Origin: Eledone cirrhosa | Lineage: Eukaryota | Assembly (NCBI GenBank): GCA_964016885.1 | Contig: OZ024740.1 | Span: forward strand, 258,850,001-258,914,000 | Reading direction: 5' to 3' | Length of the DNA: 64,000 nucleotides | Part shown: positions 24,500 to 38,861 of the stretch, piece after piece | Numbering within the stretch: the stretch's first letter is position 1 | Layout of the letters: the number at the start of each line of letters is the position of its first letter | The notes under the pieces: generated by a model | The model's input: only the letters and a program-made list of their open reading frames with translations | Told to the model about the DNA's origin: nothing | Database searches by the model: none | Position numbers and translations under genes: made by a program

Positions 24500-27400
24500 G
24501 TTGCTATTGTTGTTATTGTTGCTATATTATACTCGCTGTTGTCATTGTTGCTATACTATACTTGCTGTTGTCATTGTTGCTATACTATACTTGCTGTTGT
24601 CATTGTTGCTATACTATACTTGCTGTTGTCATTGTTTCTATACTATACTTGCTATTGTTGTTATTGTTGCTATACTATACTCGCTGTTGTCATTGTTTCT
24701 ATACTATACTTGCTATTGTTGTTATTGTTGCTATACTATACTTGCTGTTGTCATTGTTGCTATACTATACTCGCTGTTGTAATTGTTGCTATACTATACT
24801 TGCTATTGTTGTTATTGTTGCTATACTATACTTGCTGTTGTCATTGTTGCTATACTATACTTGCTGTTGTCATTGTTGCTATACTATACTTGCTATTGTT
24901 GTTATTGTTGCTCTACTATACTTGCTGTTGTCATTGTTGCTATACTATACTTGCTGCTGTTATTGTTGCTATACTATACTTGCTGTTGTTATTGTTGTTA
25001 TACTATACTTGCTGTTGCCATTGTTGCTATACTATACTTGCTTTTGTCATTGTTGTTATACTATACTTGCTGTTGTCATTGTTGCTATACTATAGTTGCT
25101 GTTGTCATTGTTGTTATACTATACTTGCTGTTGTCATTGTTGCTATACTATACTTGATAGTGTTGTTATTGTAGCTATACTATACTTGCTGTTGTCATTG
25201 TTGCTATACTATAATTGCTGTTGTCATTGTTGATATCCTATACTTGCTTTTGTCATTGTAGCTATACTATACTTGCTGTTGTCATTGTTGCTATACTATA
25301 GTTGCTGTTGTCATTGTTGCTATACTATATTTGTTGTTGTCATTGTTGCTATACTATACTTGCTGTTATCATTGTAGCTATACTATACTTGCTATTGTTG
25401 TTATTGTAACTATACTATACTTGCTGTTGTCATTATTGCTATACTATACTTGCTGTTGTCATTGTTGCTATACTATACTTGCTGTTGTCATTGTTGCTAT
25501 ACTATACTTGCTGTTGTCATTGTTGCTATACTATAGTTGCTGTTGTCATTGTTGCTATACTATACCTGCTGTTCTCATTGTTGCTATACTATACTTGCTG
25601 TTGTCATTGTTTCTATACTATACTTGCTATTGTTGTTATTGTTGCTATACTATACTTGCTGTTGTCATTGTTGCTATACTATACTTGCTATTGTTGTTAT
25701 TGTTGCTATACTATACTTGCTGTTGTCATTGTTGCTATACTATACTTGCTGTTGTCATTGTTGCTATACTATAGTTGCTGTTGTCATTGTTGCTATACTA
25801 TACTTGCTGTTGTCATTGTTGCTATACTATACTTGCTGTTGTCATTGTTTCTATACTATACTTGCTATTGTTGTTATTGTTGCTATACTATACTCGCTGT
25901 TGTCATTGTTTCTATACTTGCTATTGTTGTTATTGTTGCTATACTATACTCGCTGTTGTCATTGTTGCTATACTATACTTGCTGTTGTCATTGTTGCTAT
26001 ACTATACTTGCTGTTGTCATTGTTGCTATACTATACTTGCTGTTGTCATTGTTGCTATACTATACTTGCTGTTGTCATTGTTTCTATACTATACTTGCTA
26101 TTGTTGTTATTGTTGCTATACTATACTCGCTGTTGTCATTGTTGCTATACTATACTTGCTGTTGTCATTGTTTCTATACTATACTTGCTGTTGTCATTGT
26201 AGCTATACTATACTTGTTGTTGTCATTGTTTCTATACTATACTTGCTGTTGTCATTGTTGCTATACTATACTCGCTGTTGTTATTGTTTCTATACTATAC
26301 TTGCTGTTGTCATTGTTGCTATACTATACTCGCTGTTTTCATTGTTGCTATACTATACTTGCTATTGTTGTTATTGTTGCTATACTATACTTGCTGTTGT
26401 CATTGTTGCTATACTATACTCGCTGTTTTCATTGTTGCTATACTATACTTGCTATTGTTGTTATTGTTGCTATACTATACTTGCTGTTGTCATTGTTGCT
26501 ATACTATACTTGCTGTTGTCATTGTTGCTATACTATACTTGCTATTGTTATTATTGTTGCTCTACTATACTTGCTGTTGTCATTGTTGCTATACTATACT
26601 TGCTGCTGTTATTGTTGCTATACTATACTTGCTGTTGTTATTGTTGTCATACTATACTTGCTGTTGCCATTGTTGCTATACTATACTTGCTTTTGTCATT
26701 GTTGTTATACTATACTTGCTGTTGTCATTGTTGCTATACTATAGTTGCTGTTGTCATTGTTGTTATACTATACTTGCTGTTGTCATTGTTGCTATACTAT
26801 AATTGCTGTTGTCATTGTTGCTATAATATACTTGCTGTTGTCATTGTTGATATACTATACTTGCTTTTGTCATTGTAGCTATACTATACTTGCTGTTGTC
26901 ATTGTTGCTATACTGTTGTCATTGTTGCTATACTATAGTTGCTGTTGTCATTGTTGCTATACTATATTTGTTGTTGTCATTGTTGCTATACTATACTTGC
27001 TGTTGTCATTGTAGCTATACCATACTTGCTGTTGTCATTGTTGCTATACTATACTTGCTATTGTTGTTATTGTAACTATACTATACTTGCTGTTGTTGTT
27101 ATTGTTGCTATACTATACTTGCTGTTGTCATTGTTGCTATACTATACTTGCTGTTGTCATTGTTGTTATACTATACTTGCTGTTGTCATTGTTGCTATAC
27201 TATACTTGCTATTGTTGTTATTGTTGCTATACTATGCTTGCTGTTGTCATTGTTGCTATACTATACTTGCTGTTGTCATTGTTGCTATACTATACTTGCT
27301 GTTGTTATTGTTGCTATACTATACTTGCTGTTGTCATTGTTGCTATACTATACTTGCTATTGTTGTTATTGTTGCTATACTATACTTGCTGTTGTCATTG

Positions 27401-28325
27401 TTGCTATACTATACTTGCTGTTGTCATTGTTGCTATACTATAGTTGCTGTTGTCATTGTTGCTATACTATACTTGCTGTTGTCATTGTTGCTATACTATA
27501 CTTGATAGTGTCGTTATTGTAGCTATACTATACATGCTGTTGTCATTGTTGCTATACTATACTTGCTGTTGTTATTGTTGCTATACTATACTTGCTGTTG
27601 TTATTGCTGCTATACTACACTTGCTGTTGTTATCGTTGCTATACTATACTTGCTTTTGTCATTGTTGCTATACTATACTTGCTGTTGTCATTGTTGCTAT
27701 ACTATACTTGCTGCTGTCGTTGTAGCTATACTATACTTGCTGTCGTCGTTGTTGCTATACTATACTTGCTGTTGTCATTGTTGCTATACTATAGTTGCTG
27801 TTGTCATTGTTGCTATACTATATTTGCTGTTGTCATTGTTTCTATACTATACTTGCTTTTGTCATTGTTGCTATACTATACTTGCTGTTGTTATTGTTGC
27901 TATACTATACTTGCTGTTGTCATTGTTGCTATACTATACTTGCTGTTGTCATTGTTGCTATACTATACTTGCTGTTGTCATTGTTGCTATACTATACTTG
28001 CTTTTGTCATTGTAGCTATACTATACTTGTTGTTGTTATTGTTGCTATACTATACTTGCTGTTGTCATTGTTGCTATACTATACTTGCTGTTGTCATTGT
28101 TGCTATACTATACTTGCTGTTGTCATTGTTGCTATAATATACTTGCTGTTGTCATTGTTGCTATACTATACTTGCTGTTGTCATTGTTGCTATAATATAC
28201 TTGCTGTTGTTATTGTTGCTATACTATACTTGCTGTTGTCATTGTTGCTATAATATACTTGCTGTTGTCATTGTTGCTATACTATACTTGCTGTTGTCAT
28301 TGTTGCTATACTATACTTGCTGTTG
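24500..28325. repeat. 29-bp tandem satellite gctatactatacttgctgttgtcattgtt, with a 32-bp variant, roughly 130 units
   Basis: Directly visible. It generates the spurious L/Y/C-rich ORFs. Confidence 0.95.
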
Positions 28326-28429
28326 TTGTTAGCGTTGTTGTTTCTATTTATTATTTTTGTTGTTTACTTTAAAAAGTCTTAGAAAGAATGGGGGAAAATA
28401 TACTCGCCTAACCATAAAATATACCAACC

Positions 28430-28982
28430 TCAATAATAACAATGCCAACACCACTATTAACACTACACAAACAACAACGCCATATCCGCCAACAACAACA
28501 GCAAAACACCACCACCGACACAACAACAACAAAATTACCACCAACAGCAACACCGCCAACAACACCACCAACAACAACAATAATACCAAGAACACATGAA
28601 CAACACAACAACAATACTAACAACACAACACCAACAACACAACAACAACAACAATACCAACAACACAATCACCAACAACACTACCAATAACAACACCGCC
28701 AATAACAACAACACCAACAACAACAAGAATGCCAACGACACAACACCAACAAGACAACAGCAACACCACCACCAACACGACCACCAACAACAACACCACC
28801 CACAACAACACCACCAACAACAATAACACCAACAACAATACCAACGACATAACACCAACAACACACCAGCAACACCACCAACAACAAAAACACCAACACA
28901 AACAAAACTACCACAACAACAACACGAACAACTCAACAATAATACCTCCAACAAAAACACAACAGCACCACCAACAACAACG
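28430..28982. repeat. (CAA/CAC)n low-complexity tract
   Basis: Directly visible. Confidence 0.85.
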
Positions 28983-29452
28983 TCAACCTTCCAGAATGTG
29001 CCGCTAGATATCGGAAGAAATATGCAGAATTTATTGATAAGCTTATCAAGTCATGTCAACGTAGGCCTCTCGGTGAGCCACTAAGGCGCCAAGCTATGTC
29101 TCTGAAAGGCTTTGAAAAGTGTGGAGTTCGGTCACAGTTGACAAGCTACAACGTAACTTTTCACTCATCTTCAATTCAATCTATTTATGGAAATGTGTTG
29201 AAAGTCCCTTACTCACAACTGTTACGAGTTTATCATCGTATTATTTCGTACGTACAATATTGTTGGTGCTTACAAAGTCAATGGAGATGTGTGTGTGTGT
29301 GTGTGTGGTAATGGAGAGGCGCCATACTTCACAGATATGTCCTTACACACATTTAATTGAATGATGAAGGTAAAGTTTTAGGGAAACGTTAAATGCTATT
29401 TGAGGAACGGAAAGAATTTCCATGATTTATCTATTGCTATTTGACCTTTATA

Positions 29453-29453
29453 A

Positions 29454-29506
<53 letters not shown>

Positions 29507-29573
29507 CTAGTAGTAGTAGTAGTAGTAGCAGCAGCAGCAGTAGCAGTAGCAGTAGCGGCAGAAGAAGCAACAT

Positions 29574-29612
<39 letters not shown>

Positions 29613-29628
29613 CAGCAGAAGAAGCAGC
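29453..29628. repeat. (TAG)n/(CAG)n microsatellite
   Basis: Directly visible. Confidence 0.9.
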
Positions 29629-30323
29629 ACCTGAGTATTTAGCCACTTTGGATAACTCAGCTCAAAAATGTGCGTTCCGTTAAGTTTCAGTTATGCGCCC
29701 ATTCCCATAAATAAAATAATTTCAACTAACAGTTTGGTAAGCTAACGAACCTAGCTTTTATCACTTTTAACAATGACCACGCTAAGAAAATTACTAAGCC
29801 TGGCTATCCGCTATACAATCCACACTCACCCACAATTAGATGAATTGATTGTTGTGAAAATCTTCTGCATTAGCGTAAATACTTTAATATTTGGGGTCAC
29901 GGGATACGCAGTCTTTGTGCATCGATTCCACGCTTTCTTGCCGGGATAAGTTGCAGGCTCATTGCCAGGTTTTACAGAAGATACCCCGCCCTAACCTCTA
30001 AACGATAAGAAACGACATCAAATTCTTCAAGACAAGGAAGCCTTTACCTGGTTGTTTGACCAGCTAGAAATAACAACTACACTATCCCCCATGACATACC
30101 TTGTTATCCAGATTACACTGTCTACCTTTACCTGGCTAGTAGTATAGAAATATATAATATATATATCATACCCTGCTATATATATTACACTTTATCTAAG
30201 AAATCCCCTTCGCAAATATTTACGACAAGATTGTAATTGATCATTGCTTTGTTGGGTCAAGTTTAAACTGGAAGTAAACAATGACTAAATGAAATAGCCA
30301 CGGTAGGAATAACTTTGATCTTA

Positions 30324-31205
30324 TCTATATATATATAAAACTGAGGATGTCTGTCTGTGCGTGTGTGAGTTCGAATCCCTAAAACTCGAGAACCACCAAA
30401 CCGACTGTTTTCAAACTTTACACATGTAATACTTATGTTTCAGGGAGTGTTCTGAGCAAACAAATTTTCAAATTTTCAATGCCCTAGGGACCGCATTAGG
30501 CGATTTAGCGATCTCGCTCTTAGTCTTTCTCTTTTTAGATAGATACATACATATAACGTCGCGTCCTTATAATCTGTATGTCTGGCTGTCTGCATTACGT
30601 CTGTATGTCTGTGTGTGTGTGTGTGCGAGTTTGAATCCCCAAAACTCGAGAAGTACACAACCAATTTTTTTCAAACTTTACATGTGTATTACTTATGTTT
30701 CAGGGAGTGTTATGCACATGAATTCAATTATTCTATCTCCTAGGGCCCGCATTAGGCGAAAAACTGCGTTTTTTTAGATTTTTAGGGGTTTTTTTTAGGC
30801 GTTACGTCAGACCGATTTCCTTGAAATTGTAACTATGTATTAGTCAGTCTCTTCTTCATACCGTAAGCAAATAAAATCCAACTTTCTTATGGCCTAGAGC
30901 CCGCATTTTTTCAGCTTCTTAGGAATTTTTGGAGGCGTTACGTCTAGCTGATTTTCCCGAAATTTCAAGGCATATTATGCACATAAAAAATATTCATTTT
31001 CTTGATCCCCCAGGGACTGCATTAGGTGAAAACCTGCATTTTTCCTGCTTCATAGAGGAAAATCTTAAAGATTATCCAGCCAGCAGAGTATTCGGTTTAT
31101 GTTCTATACATATTGTCCAGGCATGCCGTTTTCCCACGATTAGGTCTATTGGTGGCCCGCGTTCCAAAATACCTTATCCCGTGCAACGCCGGGTACCACT
31201 GCTAG
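30324..31205 (+). mobile_element. Non-autonomous Helitron
   Basis: 5' A|TCTATATATATAAAA, subterminal hairpin cccgtgcaacgccggg, 3' CTAG|T, no TSD. Internal duplication 30345-30510 versus 30600-30760. Confidence 0.85.
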
Positions 31206-31840
31206 TATCTGCTAAATCAAAGCTAACCTTGGACTAAACAACGACACATAATGATTTGTCAAATAGTTAGAATGTCGGACGGGAATGCCTTGTAGTAGTT
31301 ATTACACTTCTGTATGTTCCGCTATGAGTGGAATACCTGTGATCATAGGACGGCTGGATCAAAATTGACCTATGGGTAAACAAACAAAAAACAATAATCA
31401 GAAATGGATTACCTTTGGTCATACGTCTACTGGAGCAAGGATAAAACAGAACTAAAGAACAAGGCATGATTGTCACGGCTGGAATTTCTTTGATCATAGG
31501 TCAGTTGGAACTAAGCTGGCGAACAGTTAAACAATAAGATGGCATGGTCACGACTGGAACATCTTCGATCATAGGTCTGTTGGAACAAAGCTGACCTACA
31601 GCTAAAGATGAGAGGATGGTCACTGCTGGAATATTTTTGATCATATGTCTATTGGAACTAAGCTGACCTACAGCTAAACAATAAGACGGGATGCGCACGG
31701 ATAGAATATATTTTATCATAGATCTCTTGGAACAAAACTGACCTACAGATAAACAACAAGGCATGGGTGTCACGGCTGGAATACATTTAATCACATGTCT
31801 GCCTACAAGGATCAAGGTTAATAGTATGGAACGAAACAAT
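31206..31840. repeat. Diverged 72-75-bp tandem repeat; one unit continues left of the Helitron (about 30235-30323)
   Basis: gtcacggctggaat..gatcatagg..ggaactaagctgacctacagctaaacaa recurs at 31472, 31547, 31619, 31694 and 31769. Confidence 0.8.
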
Positions 31841-32267
31841 AGCAATTTTAACTAGTTTTAACCAGTTTAGCGAGGCTCACAGCTAGCCAGGACATTAGTG
31901 ACGTATCAACTTACCTTGAATATATATCTGATAACAATCACCAAGTCTCCATTATTACATTTATCTTCAACCGACATCTCAGTCTCTTTGATTCCTGTAA
32001 TAAAATCCTTCTTAAAAAACTAATTATCGTCATCTAAAAAAAACTCTTCTGCGTCATTACGGATGTGTTTTTTTTGTTTTTGTTTTTTTTTGCAATATAG
32101 TTTGTATCACGTTAGATTTATTTGAACAACGTTGATCGTGACTTCTGGGAAGAATTGAAACCAGCCCCCCCCCCCCCTCTCTCTAGTTATGTTTAATTTC
32201 ATTGTCTAACTTAAATATTCCAAGATTTGAAATTTGTGAGTGTTTCCTTCTGTCTTTCTCTTTCACA

Positions 32268-32360
<93 letters not shown>

Positions 32361-32655
32361 TATGTCTCATATAAAATGATACAACTGGCTTTCCGCAAAA
32401 TACATATAGTTAGCACCCCAAACGTAAAATTGAGATTATACTAAGGTATATCCTAATGTTTGTTGAGTGAGTTGGTAGCCAGTCAGAGTATAGCTTAAAG
32501 CTTTCTCTGTTAATGTATTGAATATATGTATATATATATATATATGTATATATATATGTATATGTGTGTGTGTGTGTGTTTGTGTGTGTATGTGTATATA
32601 CATATATATATATAGATGCATACATTTATATATGCATGTATATATATATATATAA

Positions 32656-32966
32656 GTGTGGTAAGGAACCAGGTGTTCCATAACACAGCAGAGTACTCGA
32701 TACTTAGGGTAGTAGAGTGGCTAATAGGAAAAGAGTCAGGACCCCAACGGCTGAGCTCCGGCCGTTTCGACAGCTAGATCCGAACTAAACCAGTAGTATT
32801 AGGACGGTAGGGAATTAGCTGAACTTATCAAGGGGTCAGTCCATATATGGGCATGCAATCATTGATAAGTGTAGCTAGGTTCCTGCCGTCCTAATACTAC
32901 TGGTTTAGTTGGGATCTAGCTGTTGAAATGGCTGGAGTTCCGCCGTCGGGGTCCTGTCTCTTTTCC

Positions 32967-32969
<3 letters not shown>
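32656..32969. mobile_element. Short tail + inverted-repeat element in (TA)n (family D)
   Basis: Unpaired tail 32656-32723, arms 32724-32831 and 32862-32969, HHR-like TTGATAA...GAAAcggc. Homologous to 54725-54919. Confidence 0.7.
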
Positions 32970-33016
<47 letters not shown>

Positions 33017-33042
33017 TGTATGTATATTGTATGTATAATAAT

Positions 33043-33222
33043 AATTGTTTCTACTTTAGGCACAAGGCCAACAATTACCCACTACATTACTGGTACTTTA
33101 TTTTATCTACCCCGTAAGGATGAAAGGCAAAGTTAACCTCGGCGGGATTTGAACTCAGACCGTAAAGGGACATAACTATGCTGGAAAGCATGGCGTCCGA
33201 CTCTCTACCGATACTGCCAATC
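33043..33222 (-). mobile_element. tRNA-derived SINE (family S1)
   Basis: Reverse complement of the S1 sequence with A and B boxes. Confidence 0.85.
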
Positions 33223-33389
33223 TAAAATAATAATACAAGGACGATTTGTTAAGCTTTCATTTCATTACGTTTATTGATTGGTGACGCGCGTTTCGCTATT
33301 AATCAGCTCAAGGTTCGATCTGTATCAATCTGAACCGACTCTGGAATCAAAAGCTCGCATGTACATTTATATATATATGTATATTTATG

Positions 33390-33426
<37 letters not shown>

Positions 33427-33497
33427 TTGTGTGTGTGGGTACATAGCTACCTATCTAGACATCTTTCTCTTTATTCATTTCTCTCTCTCTGCATATT

Positions 33498-33584
<87 letters not shown>

Positions 33585-33659
33585 GTGTGTGTGTGTGTAT
33601 GTATATGTGTGTGTGTGTGGACATGATCATGTATATGTATGCTTGTATATATAGATATA

Positions 33660-34154
33660 CTAGCCGAATTAGCCGCGTCTTGCTGTGTTTCATACATTTT
33701 TTTTTTGTAAGAAAATGATGATTGATTTTAAAACAGTGATATAATCTTTCGAGAAAAACTCTGCATTTCAATATTACTCAATGTAAAATGTATTGCATGA
33801 AAAATTGGAAAGCATTATTTTTTGTAATATATCAAATCAAAATTATATTATTAAATCTTATTCTTAATTTGTTTCTTGCAAATATTTTTTTTCAAAATAT
33901 CAATTAAAAATGTTTGTGAATAGGCATCATAACTTGTCATTTAAATCATATCTTTTCATTTAAATTTCATATAAATCTAAAGGAAACAATTTTCAGCGGG
34001 GGTTTTCAGCGGGGGTTTGAGCCCACGGGGAACCATTTGATTAAAATGAAATATACGTAAGAAATCAAATGGGCATGAGCTCCACACACGTGTCAAGTCT
34101 CATCAAGATCGGTTTGGTAGTTTTTTAGTTTTAGGTTCACAAACAAACACACAC

Positions 34155-34165
<11 letters not shown>
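33660..34165 (-). mobile_element. Probable non-autonomous Helitron
   Basis: Minus-strand 3' CTAG|T preceded by a weak GC hairpin. The 5' region has (CAAA/CA) repeats merging into (TA)n. Confidence 0.5.
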
Positions 34166-34187
<22 letters not shown>

Positions 34188-34190
<3 letters not shown>

Positions 34191-35228
34191 TCTGTGCTAC
34201 TTTCGAGCTGACTTTTGGGAGGCTCCCGTACAGCTCTGAGTTCTTCCTCCTCAGTGTATACTGATTAATGCCCAGAGCCATCCTCGGCATTCTCGTGTAG
34301 TACCCATCCACCACCTGCGTGAGTTTCTTGGTCAATGTCCAAGTCTCAGACCCGTACAGCAGCACAGACTCCACTACAGCAAGGAAGAGACGGATCTTCA
34401 GGTCTTTACGAAGGTCCGACTTCCACACCGATCTCAAACTGTGGCACCCCGCCCAGGCTTTGCTCTTCCTTTCGACCACATCATCTTCTGTATTCCCAAT
34501 ATTTGCTCCAAGATACAGGAAGTCCGCAACCAATTCTAGTGGCTTCCTACCTACATTAGTAATCTTCTCTGACTTCTTAATGTTCTCTACTTCATCTTAA
34601 TTTCATTCATTCTCAGCCCCGCACTCATCGACACAGTCTCCACCTCCTGCATCAACTCCTCCGCCTCTTTCACTGTGTTTGTCACCAGAACTATAACGTC
34701 GGTAAATTCATCATCCGATATCTTTTTCGCCTTAACCCTCCTGCTCTGAGCCAGTGTTACAGTAAAGCCAGAGTCCTGGTGTTTCTCCAGCGCAAGGCGC
34801 ATACAATAGCCCACTGCGATGATAAAAAGGTAGGGAGCCAATGTATCTCCCTGGAGCACTCCAGTCAGTATCTGTTGGTGTAGGTGTAGAGCAATGATAT
34901 CAGGCCCACTATCTTCTTGGGGATTCCATAAGCCTGTAAGATCTTCATTGGGCAGTGACGGTTCACAGAATCAAAGGCCTTCCTAAAGTCAATGAAAACT
35001 GAGGTTAGCTGGACATGCTCACCGACATCCAGAGTTGACACTACACTCAGTGCTCCTGTGAGATTCCCTGCATGGATACACTGGAAGAGGAAGACCTAGG
35101 TTGACATATGTTGATGCCCTAAGGACAGACACTGGTCTCTTGGAGACGCAGGACATGACAGTGATGATGAAGGACAGAGACCGCTGGAGAAAACTCGTCC
35201 ATGGATCTCGGGAATTTTACCCGCCCTA
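34188..35228 (-). pseudogene. Degenerate RTE-clade LINE reverse-transcriptase fragment
   Basis: VFIDFRKAFDS, LQGDTLAPYLFII, degenerate FADD, DFLYLG and SVLLYGSETWTLTK across frameshifted ORFs. Confidence 0.85.
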
Positions 35229-35787
35229 GATAAATAGATAGATATTATAGTAAAAAATATTACCATAAAAGCTTCTATTTCTATTTCAATTATAACTATA
35301 TATATATACATATAAATGTGGAGAGATAGATAGATAGAGAGATAGAGAGAGAGAGAGAGGGAGGAGAGAGAGATTTAAAAACATTAGACGTAAATCATTA
35401 GATAGGTGATTGTGGACCCACAATAGAGAATCACGAATGCTTTAACTCGGGTGGTGGTAAGAGAGACGCGATGTAAGAGCCATTCTAACGCGCAGGGCCT
35501 CGTTATCGCAGGCGCTCATTCTCACAGAAATTGAATTTCCCTTTCAATTCTTGCGAGAAACGAAACTTTGTCCAGTTTGTAACAACCAAGGACATGAAGA
35601 GTTTGTTTACGATACATTCCGAGATCTTACAGATATTAAATACTGGAAACTTTCGGTGGTAAAACATACAAATAAACCCATACAAAGATTCAAGCGACAG
35701 ACTGTTAGTAAAAACAAAATCAGGAGTTTATTTTAGGTGTAAAGTTATACGGTATTCTCAATGTGCAGTCACTGTATTACATATATG

Positions 35788-35861
<74 letters not shown>

Positions 35862-35896
35862 CACATGTATATATATATACATATATATATATATAC

Positions 35897-35958
<62 letters not shown>

Positions 35959-36012
35959 CGTTTCTGAATTTGTTTAGCAAGATTCTTTATCTGAAAACGT
36001 GTGTTGAAACCG

Positions 36013-36067
36013 ATATTGTTATACTGAAGAGGTCACAGAATGTGTGACGAAAGAACTTTGACAATAT
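36013..36067 (+). ncRNA. Type-I hammerhead
   Basis: atattgttata CTGAAGA ggtcac-agaatgt-gtgac GAAA gaact TT gacaatat. Confidence 0.65.
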
Positions 36068-36208
36068 ATAAACAACCATCTGGTTGTGGAACCAACCAAC
36101 CAACCGGAAATTTATAAATTCCTAAATTTATAAATTTATTATAATAAATTGAAGTGAAAGGAACTGGTGCGTGTGTTTCTTATTGGCAACATGACCCTCC
36201 CAAAGTAT

Positions 36209-36256
<48 letters not shown>

Positions 36257-36451
36257 GTATGTATATATATACACATATATACATACACATATATACATAC
36301 ACACACCGACACACACACACACACATGTATGTATATATATATATATATATATAGTGGTGTAACACTGGAAGGTAATATCCGTAGTGGTAGAGCACTCAGT
36401 CCATGGGACGAGTTAGGTAGAAGTGGTTACACAACAGATAGTTCACCATAC

Positions 36452-36489
36452 CGAGAACAATTGTTTCACCTTAGCGGATCCTCAGCTCG
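36452..36489 (-). ncRNA. Minimal type-I hammerhead, family C
   Basis: cgag CTGAGGA tcc-gctaa-ggt GAAA caattg TT ctcg. Confidence 0.75.
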
Positions 36490-37004
36490 CAATGGACATG
36501 GTTATACGGAACAGGAAGGACAACCGTCCGAACGCGCATGCGCAGAAACGATCACTTCACACAGGCAATACTAAATTGCGTGCGAGAGGTTTAAGGGAGA
36601 TAACTGCGAAAGTCCGAAAGTTTCTAGTTGATAAAAAAAATTAGGATGTTGTTGTAATTCAATCCGGAGCTTTGTAGTTATGTAAGAGGTGTTTGCAGAC
36701 GAGTGCACAACGTCTGAAGAATTCATTTCTCGAGTTTAGGCAATCATTATTGCGTAATCTCTTTAGAATATTCATTCGTTCATCAATACATAGTCAACAC
36801 GACGGATTGCCCCTTGCGTATGGCTTGGACGTAGTGATGGCTTTCCATTGAATGGAGTAGACTATACTTGAGTCCTTGAGGGACCATACCTGGCTCGCGA
36901 GTTTCGGGAATGAACGTCTCTCCGGGTACCTACAGGTCGACTGGTCGTTCAGGAAGCGTTCCTTAAATCGGCCCTCCGCCATACCCACATAGGATTTGAC
37001 CTCT

Positions 37005-37783
37005 CTTCTAATAAGGCTATCTTTGACAGAGCGGCACCCTACTAAAGCACAGCATTAGCTAACAGCGGCTTCTCGCAACCTATCACTTACTCTCCCACTA
37101 ACAACAACGGCAATAAGAAAAGAAAGCGTAAAAATAGACAAACTATCTGGTTCTCTCCTCCCTTCTCACTCAACGTTAAAACTAATGTAGGAAAACAAAT
37201 TTTAGTTCTCTTAGATAGACACTTTCCCATAGGTCACAAATACCGCTCCATCTTTAACCGACACAAAGTAAAACTAGGATACTCCTGCGCTAAGAACATG
37301 AAGGCCCACATCATCAACAGCCCTAATAGCAACACCCCACCAGGGTGCTCTTGCTGTAAGCCCGAAGCTTGTCCCCTTCATCAGCAATGCAACACAGCCG
37401 CTGTAGTTTATGAAGCTGTGGTCACTTCCAACCGACCAAATCAACCACAGGAGGTAAAATCCTATGTGGGTATGGCGGAGGGCCGATTTAAGGAACGCTT
37501 CCTGAACCACCAGGCGACCTTTAGGTACCCGGACAGACGTTCATCCCCGAAACTCGCGAGCCACGTATGGTACCTCAAGGACTCAAGTATAGACTACTCC
37601 ATTCAATGGAAAGCCATCACTAGGTCCAAGCCATACGCAAGGGGCACTCCGTCGTGTGGACTATTTATTGATGAACGAATAAATATGCTAAAGAGATTAC
37701 GCAATAGTAATTGCCTAAACTCGAGAAATGAATTCGTTTCTGCGCATGCGCGTTCGTACGGTTGTCCTTCCTCTTCCGTATAA
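37005..37783 (+). pseudogene. PLE thumb/linker + GIY-YIG endonuclease fragment (Naiad-like)
   Basis: IWFSPPFSLNVKTNVGK..HFP.GHKYRSIFNR, CSCCKPEACPL, VVY..YVGMAEGRFKERFLNH. In-frame stop upstream. Confidence 0.85.
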
Positions 37784-37795
37784 CCATGTCCATTA

Positions 37796-37833
37796 CGAGC
37801 TGAGGATCCGCTAAGGTGAAACAATTGTTCTCG
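37796..37833 (+). ncRNA. Minimal type-I hammerhead, family C
   Basis: cgag CTGAGGA tcc-gctaa-ggt GAAA caattg TT ctcg. Confidence 0.75.
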
Positions 37834-38164
37834 GTATGGTGAACTAACTGTTGTGTAACCACTTCTATATATTATTAAAATATTGGCTATTCCAATGATT
37901 TGAAATGCCGCTACTGCTTCTGTTTTTGACATCATGGTAAGTAGACATTTATTTGAGAAGAACTGGTATTTTAATCTCCCTGACTTAGACTCCCGTACAT
38001 AAAGCTTTTTGGCATAAGTTTAATATATGGAATTGATTATCTGAGTGATACATACATACATACATACATACATACATACATACATACATACATACATACA
38101 TACATACATACATACATACATACATACATACATACATACATACATACATACATACATACATACA

Positions 38165-38576
38165 TGGTGGCTCCCAACTCGTTTTCGAGTACGGCCACTA
38201 CTTTATATCCCTGTAGAAGAGCCCTTACCGATGCGCTGAACGAGTGTGACTTTTTAGTCCAGCCAGCGACTTGAAAACTCTGGTACAAACACTACACTTG
38301 TGACAATTATTGACACATAGTGCTGGGCCCATGGTACCATGTGACGACAAGTGCAGAAAGATCCACAGATATAAAGCAATGCCTGTGCCGTGAAGCTTTT
38401 ATAGTGAGCAAAGGCATTGCACAAAGCCAGTCCCACTCTCTTAACCAAGATGATATTTACCAAAAAGAAGAACAAGTCAACATCATTGGATACCATCAGG
38501 GTTGCAGGTGTTATATCAGAGTTTTCCTTCTCCTAGAATTCTTCCTTGACAAAGTCTAAGGGGTCATCTCTCCCGG
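38165..38576 (-). mobile_element. (TGTA)n-tailed non-autonomous retroposon, copy 1 (truncated)
   Basis: Shares its left end with copies 2 and 3. Terminal stem-loop. Confidence 0.7.
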
Positions 38577-38579
38577 AAG

Positions 38580-38829
38580 TACATATATATATACATACAC
38601 ACATACATACATACACACATAAATATATACACATATATATACATACATACATATAAACATACATATATACATACATATATATACATATACATACACATAT
38701 ACATACATATACATACATATACATACATATACATACACACATACATACATATATACATATATACATATATACATACATATATATAAACATACACACATAC
38801 ATACATATATATAAACATACATATACACA

Positions 38830-38861
<32 letters not shown>

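Larger units (their letters stand above)
36352..37867 (+). mobile_element. 5'-truncated PLE family C with long inverted duplication (36420-37003 minus, 37005-37867 plus; tail 36352-36419)
   Basis: Inverted GIY-YIG copy (ORF 36794-36988) and an HHR in both arms. Confidence 0.85.

Noticed and set aside
24500-28325. 29-bp repeats as a CRISPR array
   Set aside because: Units are contiguous with no unique spacers, there are no cas genes, and the context is eukaryotic.
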